Part shown: positions 6,754 to 17,042 of the stretch, piece by piece
Layout of the letters: each line of letters begins with the position of its first letter
Position numbering within the stretch: position 1 is the stretch's first letter
NCBI GenBank assembly: GCA_902517495.1
Contig: CABYCO010000004.1
Coordinates: 1,267 to 65,266 of the forward strand
Length of the DNA: 64,000 bases
Reading direction: 5' to 3'
Source: an uncultured Pelagibacteraceae bacterium
GTDB lineage: Bacteria > Pseudomonadota > Alphaproteobacteria > Pelagibacterales > Pelagibacteraceae
Made by a program: the position numbers and the translations under genes
Notes under the pieces: model-generated
Database searches by the model: none
What the model was told of the DNA's origin: nothing
What the model saw: only the letters and a program-made list of their open reading frames with translations

Positions 6754-7527
6754 CTAGTTTTTAATAAAAACTCTACATGAGTAATCAACCTCAAATAGGT
6801 AATTTGTAATATTTTGTTTTAAAAAATATTCATCTAAGGCCTTTCTTTGGCCTTTCCAGTGTCCATAATCATCAATTATAATAATTCCATTTTTAACAAC
6901 TAATGGATATAATATTTCTAATTCTATTTTCGTAGATTCATAAAAATCAGTGTCCAGTCTTAAAAGAGAAATTTCTTTAGGTAAATTTGATTTATTATTC
7001 AAAGTATTTTTTACATCTCCTTTTACGAGAGTTAAATTATTATTTTTAGTATTTTTAGAGAAATTATCCTTTACAGTTTGTAAACCAGAATAGCACCAAA
7101 TATTCATATCATCATTATTCTCAATCTTTCTTTCATTCATTAGTAATTTTGAAGCTTTTTGATCATTTATATTAACGTCAAATTCATTAGGTTCAGTCAT
7201 TCCATTAAAAGTGTCGTAACCATAAATTTTTTTATTTAATCCGTAATGATCAACTAATCTTTGCATTAAAATTAAATTTCCACCTTTCCAAACACCACAC
7301 TCAACAAAATCACCATTAATTTTATTTTCACTTATAAATTTTATACATTTCGTTAAATTTGACATTCTTTTACCACCAGTCATAGAATATTGTTTGCACA
7401 AATTGATAGCTTCCATTTCGTATTTACTATGATTAAAAATATAATCCTTACTATAAATTATTCTTAAACTAAAATTATTTAAAAATTTATTAATTAGATT
7501 TGAAATTATAATTTTAAGTGAGCTCAT
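6754..7527 (-). CDS. TylF/MycF/NovP-family SAM-dependent O-methyltransferase
   Basis: GDFVECGVWKGG, YDTFNGM, LLRLDTDFYEST and IIDDYGHWKG motifs. Confidence 0.9.
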   Translation of the reverse strand: MSSLKIIISNLINKFLNNFSLRIIYSKDYIFNHSKYEMEAINLCKQYSMTGGKRMSNLTKCIKFISENKINGDFVECGVWKGGNLILMQRLVDHYGLNKKIYGYDTFNGMTEPNEFDVNINDQKASKLLMNERKIENNDDMNIWCYSGLQTVKDNFSKNTKNNNLTLVKGDVKNTLNNKSNLPKEISLLRLDTDFYESTKIELEILYPLVVKNGIIIIDDYGHWKGQRKALDEYFLKQNITNYLFEVDYSCRVFIKN

Positions 7528-7637
7528 AATTTTTATAATAATATTAAAATTTAAACATAATCATATTTTATAATTTATCTAATAATTATTGAACTAATAC
7601 AAATGTTTAATATCAATATGTTTTTAATTTAAAGAAG

Positions 7638-7713
7638 TGGTGCCCCCGCACGGATTCGAACCGCGGACCTATTGATTACAAATCAATTGCTCTACCAACT
7701 GAGCTACAAGGGC
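7638..7713 (-). tRNA. tRNA-Thr(TGT)
   Basis: Reverse complement GCCCTTGTAGCTCAG...ATTGA-TTTGTAA-TCAAT...GGTTCGAATCC...CACCA, 76 nt. Confidence 0.97.
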
Positions 7714-7754
7714 ATGAGGCATTTTTTAATAGCATTTTATATATTATCAAGAAA

Positions 7755-8492
7755 TTATTTTTGTTGATTTATATGATGAAAGACTATTGCTGCACTATTA
7801 GATATATTTAAACTCTCAATATTTTTGTTAATATTAATTTTTACAGAAAAATCTATATATTTTTCTGTATGTTGATTAAGACCGTGTCCTTCTGATCCAA
7901 ACAGCAATACATTGTTTCCATTCCAATTTACTTCTGTAAAGTTCTTATTGCTATTGGCTGCAAAACCATAAACCCAAAAATTTTTATCTCTTAAATATTT
8001 TAAAGTAGTATTTATATTTGATACTTTAAATATATTTAAGTATTCAACACAACCACTTGCAGATTTATATAATAATTTACTCTCACTCGGAAAATGTCTT
8101 TCTTTAACAATCAAGCCATCTATATTGAATGAAGCAGCACTTCTAATTAAGGAGCCTATATTTCTTGGATCAGTAACTTCATCCAAACAGACAAATGTTA
8201 AATTATTTTTGCCTTTAATAAATTCTTTTAATTCAGGATTTTCTAAATGTTCAATTTCTGCAACAAAACCTTGATGTAAAATATCTTCTCTTCTACAGTA
8301 CTTATCCAATTCTTTTTTGGTTTTGAAAAAAACTTTAAGATCTTTTAATAAGTTTTTATCTGGGTTTTCTTTATGAATAGTTTTTTTACTTTCCTCTGTT
8401 AAGAATATTTTAATCACTCTTCTTTCTGGGTTCTTTAGTGCTCCAATAACAGCATGACGACCTGCTATAAAAAAGGATGATATTTGAGTCAT
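7755..8492 (-). CDS. rlmB: 23S rRNA 2'-O-methyltransferase RlmB (SpoU family)
   Basis: GRHAV, HQG, LDEVTDPRNIG, GSEG and ESLNIS motifs. Confidence 0.9.
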   Translation of the reverse strand: MTQISSFFIAGRHAVIGALKNPERRVIKIFLTEESKKTIHKENPDKNLLKDLKVFFKTKKELDKYCRREDILHQGFVAEIEHLENPELKEFIKGKNNLTFVCLDEVTDPRNIGSLIRSAASFNIDGLIVKERHFPSESKLLYKSASGCVEYLNIFKVSNINTTLKYLRDKNFWVYGFAANSNKNFTEVNWNGNNVLLFGSEGHGLNQHTEKYIDFSVKININKNIESLNISNSAAIVFHHINQQK

Positions 8493-8622
8493 ATTTTATG
8501 AATTTATAGGGTTTTTACACTATTTTTTCTGAAATTCACGTATTGCATTTGTACAATAAAAATATATAAAACGCATGTTGTTTAAAGCTTTATTGAACAA
8601 GGGGACGCTTCCCCTACTATTA

Positions 8623-8708
<86 letters not shown>

Positions 8709-8751
8709 TTCAATAATTATTTAAATAATTTTAGGAGTATACTTGGGTGAT

Positions 8752-8825
8752 GCGGGTGTAGTTCAATGGTAGAACGCTAGCCTTCCAAGCTGGATGTAAG
8801 GGTTCGATTCCCTTTACCCGCTCCA
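8752..8825 (+). tRNA. tRNA-Gly(TCC)
   Basis: GCGGGTG acceptor stem, CTAGC-CTTCCAA-GCTGG anticodon arm, CCA end. Confidence 0.97.
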
Positions 8826-8865
8826 AAAATTAAAAAAAGTAAAAAAAAAAAGAGGTAAAAAAGTA

Positions 8866-10056
8866 ATGTCAAAAGAAAAGTTTGTAAGAAATAAACCGCA
8901 CTGTAATATTGGAACTATTGGTCACGTGGATCATGGTAAAACAACATTAACTGCTGCGATAACAAAAGTTTTAGCAGAGTCAGGTGGTGCACAATTTACG
9001 GCATATGACCAAATTGATAAGGCTCCAGAAGAAAAGGAGAGAGGTATAACAATTTCAACAGCTCATGTAGAATACGAAACTGCAAACAGACATTATGCTC
9101 ACGTTGATTGTCCAGGCCATGCAGACTATGTAAAAAATATGATAACAGGTGCTGCGCAAATGGATGGTGCAATTTTAGTAGTGAATGCCGCAGATGGTCC
9201 AATGCCACAAACAAGGGAACATATTCTTCTTGCTCGTCAAGTTGGAGTTCCAGCGATTGTAGTATATTTGAATAAAGTAGATCAAGTTGATGATAAAGAA
9301 ATGATAGATTTAGTTGAAGAAGAAATTAAAGATTTATTAACATCTTATAAATTTCCAGGAGACAAAACTCCAATCGTAAAAGGTTCAGCTTTAGCTGCTG
9401 TAGAAGGAAAAGATGATGAAATAGGAAAAAATTCTATCATGGAATTAATGAAAGCCGTTGATGAGTTTATTCCACAACCAGATAGACCAAAAGATAAAGA
9501 TTTTCTGATGCCAGTTGAAGATGTATTTTCAATTTCTGGAAGAGGTACAGTTGTAACAGGAAGAGTAGAGTCAGGAGTAATTAAAACTGGAGAAGAAATA
9601 GAAATTGTTGGTATTAGAGATACAAAAAAATCAGTTTGCACAGGAGTAGAAATGTTTAGAAAACTCTTAGATTCAGGAGAAGCTGGTGATAACATTGGTG
9701 CTCTTTTAAGAGGTGTCGAGAGAACTGACGTAGAAAGAGGACAAGTTTTATGCAAACCTGGATCTATCAAACCGCATACTAAATTTGAAGCACAAGCATA
9801 TGTATTAAAAAAAGAAGAAGGTGGAAGACATACACCTTTCTTTACTAAATACAGACCACAATTTTACTTTAGAACAACGGATGTAACAGGTGAAGTAGAA
9901 TTACCATCTGGTACAGAAATGGTGATGCCTGGCGATGATGCTAAATTTACAGTAAAACTTATCACACCTATTGCTATGGATGAAAAATTAAACTTTGCAA
10001 TTAGAGAAGGTGGTAGAACAGTAGGAGCTGGAGTAGTAACTAAAATTTTAGAGTAA
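8866..10056 (+). CDS. tuf: Elongation factor Tu
   Basis: [29 protein letters not shown] motifs. Confidence 0.99.
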   Translation: MSKEKFVRNKPHCNIGTIGHVDHGKTTLTAAITKVLAESGGAQFTAYDQIDKAPEEKERGITISTAHVEYETANRHYAHVDCPGHADYVKNMITGAAQMDGAILVVNAADGPMPQTREHILLARQVGVPAIVVYLNKVDQVDDKEMIDLVEEEIKDLLTSYKFPGDKTPIVKGSALAAVEGKDDEIGKNSIMELMKAVDEFIPQPDRPKDKDFLMPVEDVFSISGRGTVVTGRVESGVIKTGEEIEIVGIRDTKKSVCTGVEMFRKLLDSGEAGDNIGALLRGVERTDVERGQVLCKPGSIKPHTKFEAQAYVLKKEEGGRHTPFFTKYRPQFYFRTTDVTGEVELPSGTEMVMPGDDAKFTVKLITPIAMDEKLNFAIREGGRTVGAGVVTKILE

Positions 10057-10063
10057 ACTCAAT

Positions 10064-10139
10064 AGGAGTGTAGCTCAATTGGTAGAGCGCCGGTCTCCAA
10101 AACCGGAGGTTGGGGGTTCGATTCCCTTCGCTCCTGCCA
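10064..10139 (+). tRNA. tRNA-Trp(CCA)
   Basis: CCGGT-CTCCAAA-ACCGG anticodon arm, CCA end, canonical position before secE. Confidence 0.97.
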
Positions 10140-10158
10140 ATCAAGCACTACTTATATT

Positions 10159-10350
10159 ATGAAAAATCCCTTAAAATTTATACAGGATGTTAAGCAAGAA
10201 GCTTTCAAAGTTACTTGGCCAACAGCAAAAGAAACAGTTCAAGGTGCTCTAATGGTTTTTGCAATGGCTGTTATAGCTTCGATATTTTTTTTATTATTAG
10301 ATCAAATTTTAAAATTTTTCTTAGAGATTGTACTCAAGGTAAGCATATAA
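10159..10350 (+). CDS. secE: Preprotein translocase subunit SecE
   Basis: KVTWP motif, one TM helix, synteny. Confidence 0.95.
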   Translation: MKNPLKFIQDVKQEAFKVTWPTAKETVQGALMVFAMAVIASIFFLLLDQILKFFLEIVLKVSI

Positions 10351-10880
10351 TGAAAAACTGGTATATAGTGCAGTCCCATTCAAGTTTTGAAAATAAAGTT
10401 GCTCAACTGATAAAAGAAGAGGCCGAAAAAGCAAAAATAATGGAAAAGATTGAAGAAATAATCGTTCCAACACATGATATTACGGAAGTAAAAAGAGGAA
10501 AAAGAGTACAAAGGAAAAAAAAATATTTTCCAGGATATGTGCTTATAAAAAGTGAGATGGATAATAATATTTACCATATGATAAAAAACCTAAAAAAAGT
10601 TAGTGGTTTTTTAGGATCAAAAGGTACACCAATACCTGTATCCGACAAAGAAATTGAAAAAATATTAGGCCAAATTAAAGATGGAGTTGCACAACCCAAA
10701 TCTGGAGTTGAATATAATGTTGGAGAAAAAGTACAAGTAATAGATGGACCTTTTGCATCATTTAATGGCCTAGTCGAGGATATTGATGAGGATAAATTAA
10801 GATTAAAAGTTTCAGTTTCAATTTTTGGTCGACCAACACCTGTTGATTTAGAATATAACCAAGTAGAAAAGGTAAGTTAA
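10350..10880 (+). CDS. nusG: Transcription antitermination factor NusG (start corrected to ATG at 10350)
   Basis: MKNWYIV, FPGYVL, KOW motif [17 protein letters not shown]. Confidence 0.97.
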   Translation: MKNWYIVQSHSSFENKVAQLIKEEAEKAKIMEKIEEIIVPTHDITEVKRGKRVQRKKKYFPGYVLIKSEMDNNIYHMIKNLKKVSGFLGSKGTPIPVSDKEIEKILGQIKDGVAQPKSGVEYNVGEKVQVIDGPFASFNGLVEDIDEDKLRLKVSVSIFGRPTPVDLEYNQVEKVS

Positions 10881-11308
10881 TGGCAAAGAAAGAAATTAGT
10901 GGATATGTAAAATTACAAATTAAAGGAGGCCAAGCTAATCCAGCTCCGCCTGTTGGTCCTGCTTTGGGTCAAAGAGGAATAAATATTATGGAATTTTGTA
11001 AAGCTTTTAACGACAAAACAAAATCATTTGCAGGCAAACCTGTACCTGTGATAATTACGGTGTATAAAGATAAAAAATTTGATTTTGTTATAAAATCACC
11101 ACCAGCATCACATTTTATTAAAGAAGCAATGAAATTAAAGAGTGGATCAAAAGAGCCTGGAAGAAATATAATTGGATCAATATCGAAGAAACAACTGAAA
11201 GATATAGCTGAAAAAAAAATGGATGATTTAAATGCTCATGACTTAGATGAAGCAGCAAAAATAATAGCAGGATCTGCTAGATCAATGGGGATAGAGGTAA
11301 AAGATTAA
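10880..11308 (+). CDS. rplK: 50S ribosomal protein L11
   Basis: [13 protein letters not shown] motif. Confidence 0.98.
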   Translation: MAKKEISGYVKLQIKGGQANPAPPVGPALGQRGINIMEFCKAFNDKTKSFAGKPVPVIITVYKDKKFDFVIKSPPASHFIKEAMKLKSGSKEPGRNIIGSISKKQLKDIAEKKMDDLNAHDLDEAAKIIAGSARSMGIEVKD

Positions 11309-11997
11309 TGAAATCAAAAAGATATAAAAAACTACCCATTAACACAAAAGATTTAAACTCTGAGACAATAGATAAAATATTAAATTCAGTTAAAGAAAAT
11401 TGTACAACTAAATTTGATGAGTCAATCGATTTAAATTTAAGAATTAATAACAAACAAAAAAAAAATGAAATTAACATAAGAACAGTTGTAAACCTACCAG
11501 GTGGAACGGGTAAATCTGTTAAGGTAGCTGTAGTATGTGAAGATACCAAGTTAAATGAGGCCTCTGAAGCTAAAGCAGATGTGGTAGGAGGAGATGATTT
11601 GATTGAGAAAATTAAAAATGGTCAATTAGATTTTGAAAAACTTATTTGTACTCCATCAATGATGATTAAATTATCAAAATTAGGAAAGGTTTTAGGTCCT
11701 AAGGGATTAATGCCAAATCCAAAATTAGGAACTGTAACTAACGATATTGTTAAAGCAATAAATGATGCTAAAGCAGGACAAGCTGAAATCAGAAATGATA
11801 AAGATGGAAATATTGGACTAAGTATTGGAAAAAAATCCTTTGATGATAAAAAATTAATTCAAAATTACAATGCTGTTATAAATGCTTTAGAAAAAGAAAA
11901 ATCCAACCTAACAATCAAAGGCGATTTAATAAAGCAGATTTTGATAACTTCAAGTATGGGTGTATCTTATAAATTAAAAATGAATAAGAGTTTTTAA
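11308..11997 (+). CDS. rplA: 50S ribosomal protein L1
   Basis: KFDES and LGPKGLMPNPKLGTV motifs. Confidence 0.97.
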   Translation: MKSKRYKKLPINTKDLNSETIDKILNSVKENCTTKFDESIDLNLRINNKQKKNEINIRTVVNLPGGTGKSVKVAVVCEDTKLNEASEAKADVVGGDDLIEKIKNGQLDFEKLICTPSMMIKLSKLGKVLGPKGLMPNPKLGTVTNDIVKAINDAKAGQAEIRNDKDGNIGLSIGKKSFDDKKLIQNYNAVINALEKEKSNLTIKGDLIKQILITSSMGVSYKLKMNKSF

Positions 11998-11999
11998 TT

Positions 12000-12509
12000 A
12001 TGATGAATAAAGAACAAAAGAAACAATATATAGACGATATGACATCTCAATTCGATAAATCAGAAGCTGTAATTGTAACTCATTATCAGGGACTAACCGT
12101 TACTCAATTAGATGACCTTAGAAATAAAATGCGTCAGCATGGTATAAAATTTAAGATAACAAATAATAGAATTACAAAATTGGCACTAGAAAAAACTAAA
12201 TGTAAAGAATTAACAAATTTATTTACAGGACCAACTGCAGTTGCATTATCAGAGGATGCCATAACCTCGGCAAAGATTTTAACTAAATTTTCAAAAGAAA
12301 ATGAAAACTTAAAAATATTAGGTGGAATCATGGGTACAGACATTTTAGACGTAGCTGGAGTTAAAAATGTAGCAACACTTCCATCTTTAGATGAAGCTAG
12401 AGCCAAAATCGTTGGTATTTTGAGGTCTCCAGCACAAAAAATTGTAAGTATTTTACTTGCACCAGCGTCAAAAATCGCTATTTTAGCGCTCGAAAAATCA
12501 AAAAAATAA
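12000..12509 (+). CDS. rplJ: 50S ribosomal protein L10
   Basis: YQGLTV, FTGPTA and LPSLDE motifs; synteny. Confidence 0.96.
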   Translation: MMNKEQKKQYIDDMTSQFDKSEAVIVTHYQGLTVTQLDDLRNKMRQHGIKFKITNNRITKLALEKTKCKELTNLFTGPTAVALSEDAITSAKILTKFSKENENLKILGGIMGTDILDVAGVKNVATLPSLDEARAKIVGILRSPAQKIVSILLAPASKIAILALEKSKK

Positions 12510-12530
12510 CCAGGGACAAAAAAAATTAAT

Positions 12531-12902
12531 ATGGCTGACTTAAATAAAATTATTGAAGATTTATCCAGCTTGACTGTTGTAGAAGCAGCTGAGCTTTCAA
12601 AACAATTAGAAGAAAAATGGGGAGTAACAGCTGCCGCTGCTGTTGCTGCTGCACCAGCTGCTGCTGGTAGCGAGGCTCCTGCAGAAGAAAAAGATGATTT
12701 CACAATAATGTTAACCGCTGCAGGTGATAAAAAAATTAATGTAATAAAAGAAGTTAGAGCAGTTACGGAACTAGGATTAAAAGAGGCAAAAGACTTAGTC
12801 GAAGGAGCACCTAAAGAGGTCAAATCAGGTGTTAACAAAAAAGAAGCTGAAGAAATTAAAGGCAAGTTAGAAGCTGCAGGCGCAACAGTAGAACTTAAGT
12901 AA
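12531..12902 (+). CDS. rplL: 50S ribosomal protein L7/L12
   Basis: Ala-rich hinge; KINVIKEVR and [11 protein letters not shown] motifs. Confidence 0.98.
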   Translation: MADLNKIIEDLSSLTVVEAAELSKQLEEKWGVTAAAAVAAAPAAAGSEAPAEEKDDFTIMLTAAGDKKINVIKEVRAVTELGLKEAKDLVEGAPKEVKSGVNKKEAEEIKGKLEAAGATVELK

Positions 12903-12922
12903 ATATAAAAAGAAAGAAATAA

Positions 12923-12948
12923 ATTACTGAATTTAATAATTCAGTAAT
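12923..12948 (+). promoter_or_regulatory. Perfect 11-bp inverted repeat between rplL and rpoB (attenuator/processing hairpin candidate)
   Basis: ATTACTGAATT-TAAT-AATTCAGTAAT. Confidence 0.6.
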
Positions 12949-12957
12949 GACATATAT

Positions 12958-15900
12958 ATGCAATTATCTTTTACTGAAAAAAAGAATATTAGAAAAAGTT
13001 TTGGTAAGCTTAAAGAGAGCTTATCGATACCAAACTTAATAGAAGTTCAAAAAAATTCATATAAGGAACTTACAGAATTCAAAAATGATGTTGAACAACA
13101 TCTAGTTAAAGGCTTTCATAGAGTTTTCAAAAGTATATTTCCTATTGAAGATTTGAACGATAAAGCTACACTTGAATACATTTCTTACAGACTCGAAAAA
13201 CCAAAATTTGATGTAGATGAATGTATTACAAGAGGTCTTACTTATTCAGCGGCACTAAAGTGTACATTAAGACTGGTTGTCTATGAAATAGATCAAGAGA
13301 ATAATACAAAAGATATTTTATCTGCAAAAGAACAAGAAGTTTATATGGGTGAAGTTCCTATGATGACTAACAGTGGAACCTTTATCACAAATGGTGTTCA
13401 AAGAGTTGTTGTAAATCAAATGCACAGAAGTCCTGGTGTATTTTTTGACCATGACAAAGGTAAATCACACGCAAGTGGAAAACTTTTATTTAATTGTAGA
13501 GTTATTCCAAATAGAGGCTCATGGTTAGATTTTGAATTTGATGTTAAAGATTTTCTTTACTTCAGAATAGATCGTAAGAAGAAAATTTTTGTAACTACTT
13601 TGCTGCAAGCTTTAGGGTATAGTAAATCAGATATAGTAAATGAATTCTATGATAAGGAGACTTTTTCCTATGATGAAAAATCAAAAAAATGGAAAACTAG
13701 TTTTGATCCTGACAATTATAAGGCTAAAAATTTCTCAGAGGAAATAATTGATGCTAAAAATAATAAGATTTTAATAAAAACTGGTGAACAAATAAACTTT
13801 TTAACAGCTAAAAAACTTCAAAATGATGGTTTAAAGGAAATTTTAGTGTCCGATATTTCATTGTATGGAAAATTTTTGCACGAAGACTTAATTGTTGGAG
13901 ATGATACTTTTAAAATAGGAACAGAATTAAATGAAACTATTATAATAAAAATACTTGAAGCGGGCATTAAATTAATCAATGTTTCAAAAACTAATTCAAT
14001 ATCAAAAGGTCCTTATTTACTTCAAACAATTTTAAATGATAAAAATGAAAATAAAAACGACGCTATAACAGAAATTTATAAAATTTTAAGGCCAGGAGAA
14101 CCACCCACTATAGAAATAGCAACACAAATTTTTAATAACTTATTCTTTAGTTCAGATCGATATGATTTATCAGACGTCGGCAGGGTAAAGATGAATTCTA
14201 GATTAGATCTTAAATGTTCAGATAAAATTACAATTTTGAGAAACGATGACATAATGGCGATAATCAAAAAAATGCTTGATTTGAGAGATGGTAAAGATGA
14301 AGTGGATGATATTGATCATTTAGGCAACAGAAGAGTTAGATCAGTTGGAGAACTAGTCGAAAATCAAGCAAGAATTGGTGTTTATAGAATGGAAAGAGCT
14401 ATAAAAGAAAAAATGACAACTTTAGATGTTGAATCTGCTATGCCACAGGATTTAATTAACGCAAAACCATTAACAATTTCTTTAAAAGATTTTTTTGCAA
14501 CTTCACAACTTTCGCAATTCATGGATCAAACTAATCCATTGTCTGAAATTACACATAAAAGAAGAGTTTCAGCTTTAGGACCAGGCGGACTCACAAGAGA
14601 AAGAGCTGGATTTGAGGTAAGAGATGTTCATCCAACCCATTATGGGCGAATTTGTCCTATAGAGACTCCAGAAGGACCAAATATTGGTTTAATAAACAGT
14701 CTCTCAACATACTCTAAAATTAATAAGTATGGCTTTATAGAAAGTCCATACAAGAAAGTTGAGAATGGAGTCGTTCAAGACAAAATTGAGTATTTATCTG
14801 CTATGGAGGAAACTAAATTTACAATTGCCCAGGCAAATTCTGTATTGGATAAAAATGGTAAATTTGTAGAGGATCTAATATCAAGTAGAGCAAACTTAGA
14901 TTTTATCCTATCAAAACCAGAAAACATAGACTATATCGATGTATCTCCTAAGCAACTAGTTTCTGTTGCAGCTTCACTAATTCCTTTTTTAGAAAATGAT
15001 GATGCTAATAGAGCGTTAATGGGCTCTAATATGATGAGACAAGCTGTTCCTCTCCTTAAACCAGAGGCACCTCTTGTAGGTACAGGAATTGAAAGTGACG
15101 TTGCATTAGATTCAGGTGTAACAATTGTAGCAAAAAGGGACGGAGTCGTAGATAAAATAGACGGTAAAAGAATTGTAATTAAAGCTTCAAATGAAAAAGA
15201 TTATTCAGAGTCTGGCGTTGATATATATAATTTACAAAAGTTTAAAAGATCAAACCAAAATACATGCATTAATCAAAAACCCTTAGTAAGAGTTGGTGAT
15301 TTAGTGAAGTCAGGAGATATAATAGCAGATGGTCCTTCAACTAAAACTGGTGAATTGGCTTTAGGCAAAAACGTTACTGTCGCATTTATGCCTTGGCAGG
15401 GGTACAATTTTGAAGATTCTATACTAATTTCAGAAAGATGTGTAACTGATGATGTGTTTACATCAATTCATATTGAAGAATATGAGGTAATGGCAAGAGA
15501 TACGAAATTAGGTGAAGAAGATATAACTAGAGATATACCAAATGTTAATGAAGAGTCGTTAAAAAACTTAGATGAGTCAGGAATTGTTTATATTGGAGCT
15601 GAAGTTAAACCTGGAGATATATTAGTTGGTAAGGTAACACCAAAGGGAGATTCAGCTTCAGGGCCAGAAGAAAAGTTATTGAGGTCAATATTTGGTGAAA
15701 AGGCTATTGATGTAACAGACACTTCACTCAAGATGCCTAGTGGTAGTGGTGGAATTGTCGTTGATGTAAGAGTCTTTAACAGACACGGCATTGAGAAAGA
15801 TGAAAGATCTATTACAATTGAAAGGGCTGAAATAGAAAGTGTTCAACAAGATAAAATTGTAGAGGAAGATATCTTGGAGAGAAGTATTAAACAAAGAGCA

Positions 15901-17040
15901 ACATCAATATTAACAAACACTAAGCTAGATAAAAAAATTAAAAATCACGATATAGGAACAAATTTAAACGAAAATATTATTTTTGATTTATTGGTATCCG
16001 ATTTATTTAAAATTAACGTTGGTGACGAAAAAAAAAATGAAACTTTACTACAATTAAGATCTCAATATGAAAATGCCAAAAAAGATATTCAAGAAAGATT
16101 TGAAGATAAAGTTCTTAAAATAAGACAAGGAGATGATCTTTTGCCAAGTGTAATGAAAATGGTAAAAGTATTTGTTGCAATTAAAAGAAGGCTAAGACCT
16201 GGTGATAAAATGTCAGGTAGACATGGCAACAAGGGTGTAGTTAGCAAAATAGTACCCGTTGAAGATATGCCTTATAGAGAGAATGGAAAACCAGTTGATA
16301 TAGTATTAAACCCTCTGGGAGTACCTAGTAGAATGAATGTTGGCCAAATATTAGAAACTCACTTAGGATGGTCATGTAAAGAACTTGGCGAGCAATTAAC
16401 TGATTTAATAAACCAGAATCAAAAGAAAATAGAAAAAGATGAAAAGATATCAAAATTTTTAAAATCTGTTTATGGTGATGAAGTCTATAAAGAAAATATT
16501 GATAGCTTATCAAATACAGAATTTAAGGATTTATGTCATAATATTCAAAATGGTGTACCAATTTCAACACCAGTATTTGATGGCGCAAAAGAAAAAGATG
16601 TAACAAAGATGTTAGATTTAGCAAATTTACCTAGCTCAGGGCAGACCACATTATGGGATGGAAGAACAGGTGAAAAATTCGATAGACCAGTTACTGTTGG
16701 AATAATTTATATGCTTAAATTACACCATCTGGTTGAGGATAAGATACACGCTAGATCAACAGGTCCGTACAGTTTAGTTACTCAACAACCTCTTGGTGGT
16801 AAGGCACAGTTAGGTGGACAAAGATTTGGAGAAATGGAGGTATGGGCCCTTGAAGCTTATGGTGCATCATACACACTTCAGGAAATACTTACTGTTAAAT
16901 CAGACGATGTTGCTGGTAGGGTTAAAGTTTATGAAACAATTGTAAAAGGTGAAGAAAACTTTGAATCTGGAATACCAGAGTCATTTAATGTGTTAGTAAA
17001 AGAAATAAAATCATTAGCTTTAAACGTGGAGTTAAATTAA
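12958..17040 (+). CDS. rpoB: RNA polymerase beta subunit
   Basis: [12 protein letters not shown] and [17 protein letters not shown] motifs. Confidence 0.99.
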   Translation: MQLSFTEKKNIRKSFGKLKESLSIPNLIEVQKNSYKELTEFKNDVEQHLVKGFHRVFKSIFPIEDLNDKATLEYISYRLEKPKFDVDECITRGLTYSAALKCTLRLVVYEIDQENNTKDILSAKEQEVYMGEVPMMTNSGTFITNGVQRVVVNQMHRSPGVFFDHDKGKSHASGKLLFNCRVIPNRGSWLDFEFDVKDFLYFRIDRKKKIFVTTLLQALGYSKSDIVNEFYDKETFSYDEKSKKWKTSFDPDNYKAKNFSEEIIDAKNNKILIKTGEQINFLTAKKLQNDGLKEILVSDISLYGKFLHEDLIVGDDTFKIGTELNETIIIKILEAGIKLINVSKTNSISKGPYLLQTILNDKNENKNDAITEIYKILRPGEPPTIEIATQIFNNLFFSSDRYDLSDVGRVKMNSRLDLKCSDKITILRNDDIMAIIKKMLDLRDGKDEVDDIDHLGNRRVRSVGELVENQARIGVYRMERAIKEKMTTLDVESAMPQDLINAKPLTISLKDFFATSQLSQFMDQTNPLSEITHKRRVSALGPGGLTRERAGFEVRDVHPTHYGRICPIETPEGPNIGLINSLSTYSKINKYGFIESPYKKVENGVVQDKIEYLSAMEETKFTIAQANSVLDKNGKFVEDLISSRANLDFILSKPENIDYIDVSPKQLVSVAASLIPFLENDDANRALMGSNMMRQAVPLLKPEAPLVGTGIESDVALDSGVTIVAKRDGVVDKIDGKRIVIKASNEKDYSESGVDIYNLQKFKRSNQNTCINQKPLVRVGDLVKSGDIIADGPSTKTGELALGKNVTVAFMPWQGYNFEDSILISERCVTDDVFTSIHIEEYEVMARDTKLGEEDITRDIPNVNEESLKNLDESGIVYIGAEVKPGDILVGKVTPKGDSASGPEEKLLRSIFGEKAIDVTDTSLKMPSGSGGIVVDVRVFNRHGIEKDERSITIERAEIESVQQDKIVEEDILERSIKQRATSILTNTKLDKKIKNHDIGTNLNENIIFDLLVSDLFKINVGDEKKNETLLQLRSQYENAKKDIQERFEDKVLKIRQGDDLLPSVMKMVKVFVAIKRRLRPGDKMSGRHGNKGVVSKIVPVEDMPYRENGKPVDIVLNPLGVPSRMNVGQILETHLGWSCKELGEQLTDLINQNQKKIEKDEKISKFLKSVYGDEVYKENIDSLSNTEFKDLCHNIQNGVPISTPVFDGAKEKDVTKMLDLANLPSSGQTTLWDGRTGEKFDRPVTVGIIYMLKLHHLVEDKIHARSTGPYSLVTQQPLGGKAQLGGQRFGEMEVWALEAYGASYTLQEILTVKSDDVAGRVKVYETIVKGEENFESGIPESFNVLVKEIKSLALNVELN

Positions 17041-17042
17041 AT

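Noticed and set aside
10215-10349. N-terminal extensions in the ORF track for nusG (also ugd 41750, gatC 49482, gatB 51241)
   Set aside because: Family homology begins at downstream ATGs (10350, 41801, 49512, 51256). For nusG, ugd and gatB those ATGs overlap the preceding stop codons in the usual coupled arrangement.
12134-12865. 243-aa antisense ORF over rplJ/rplL, and other antisense ORFs over tuf, rpoC, rpoA and rplQ
   Set aside because: These are mirror frames of highly expressed genes with biased codons and show no recognisable motifs.
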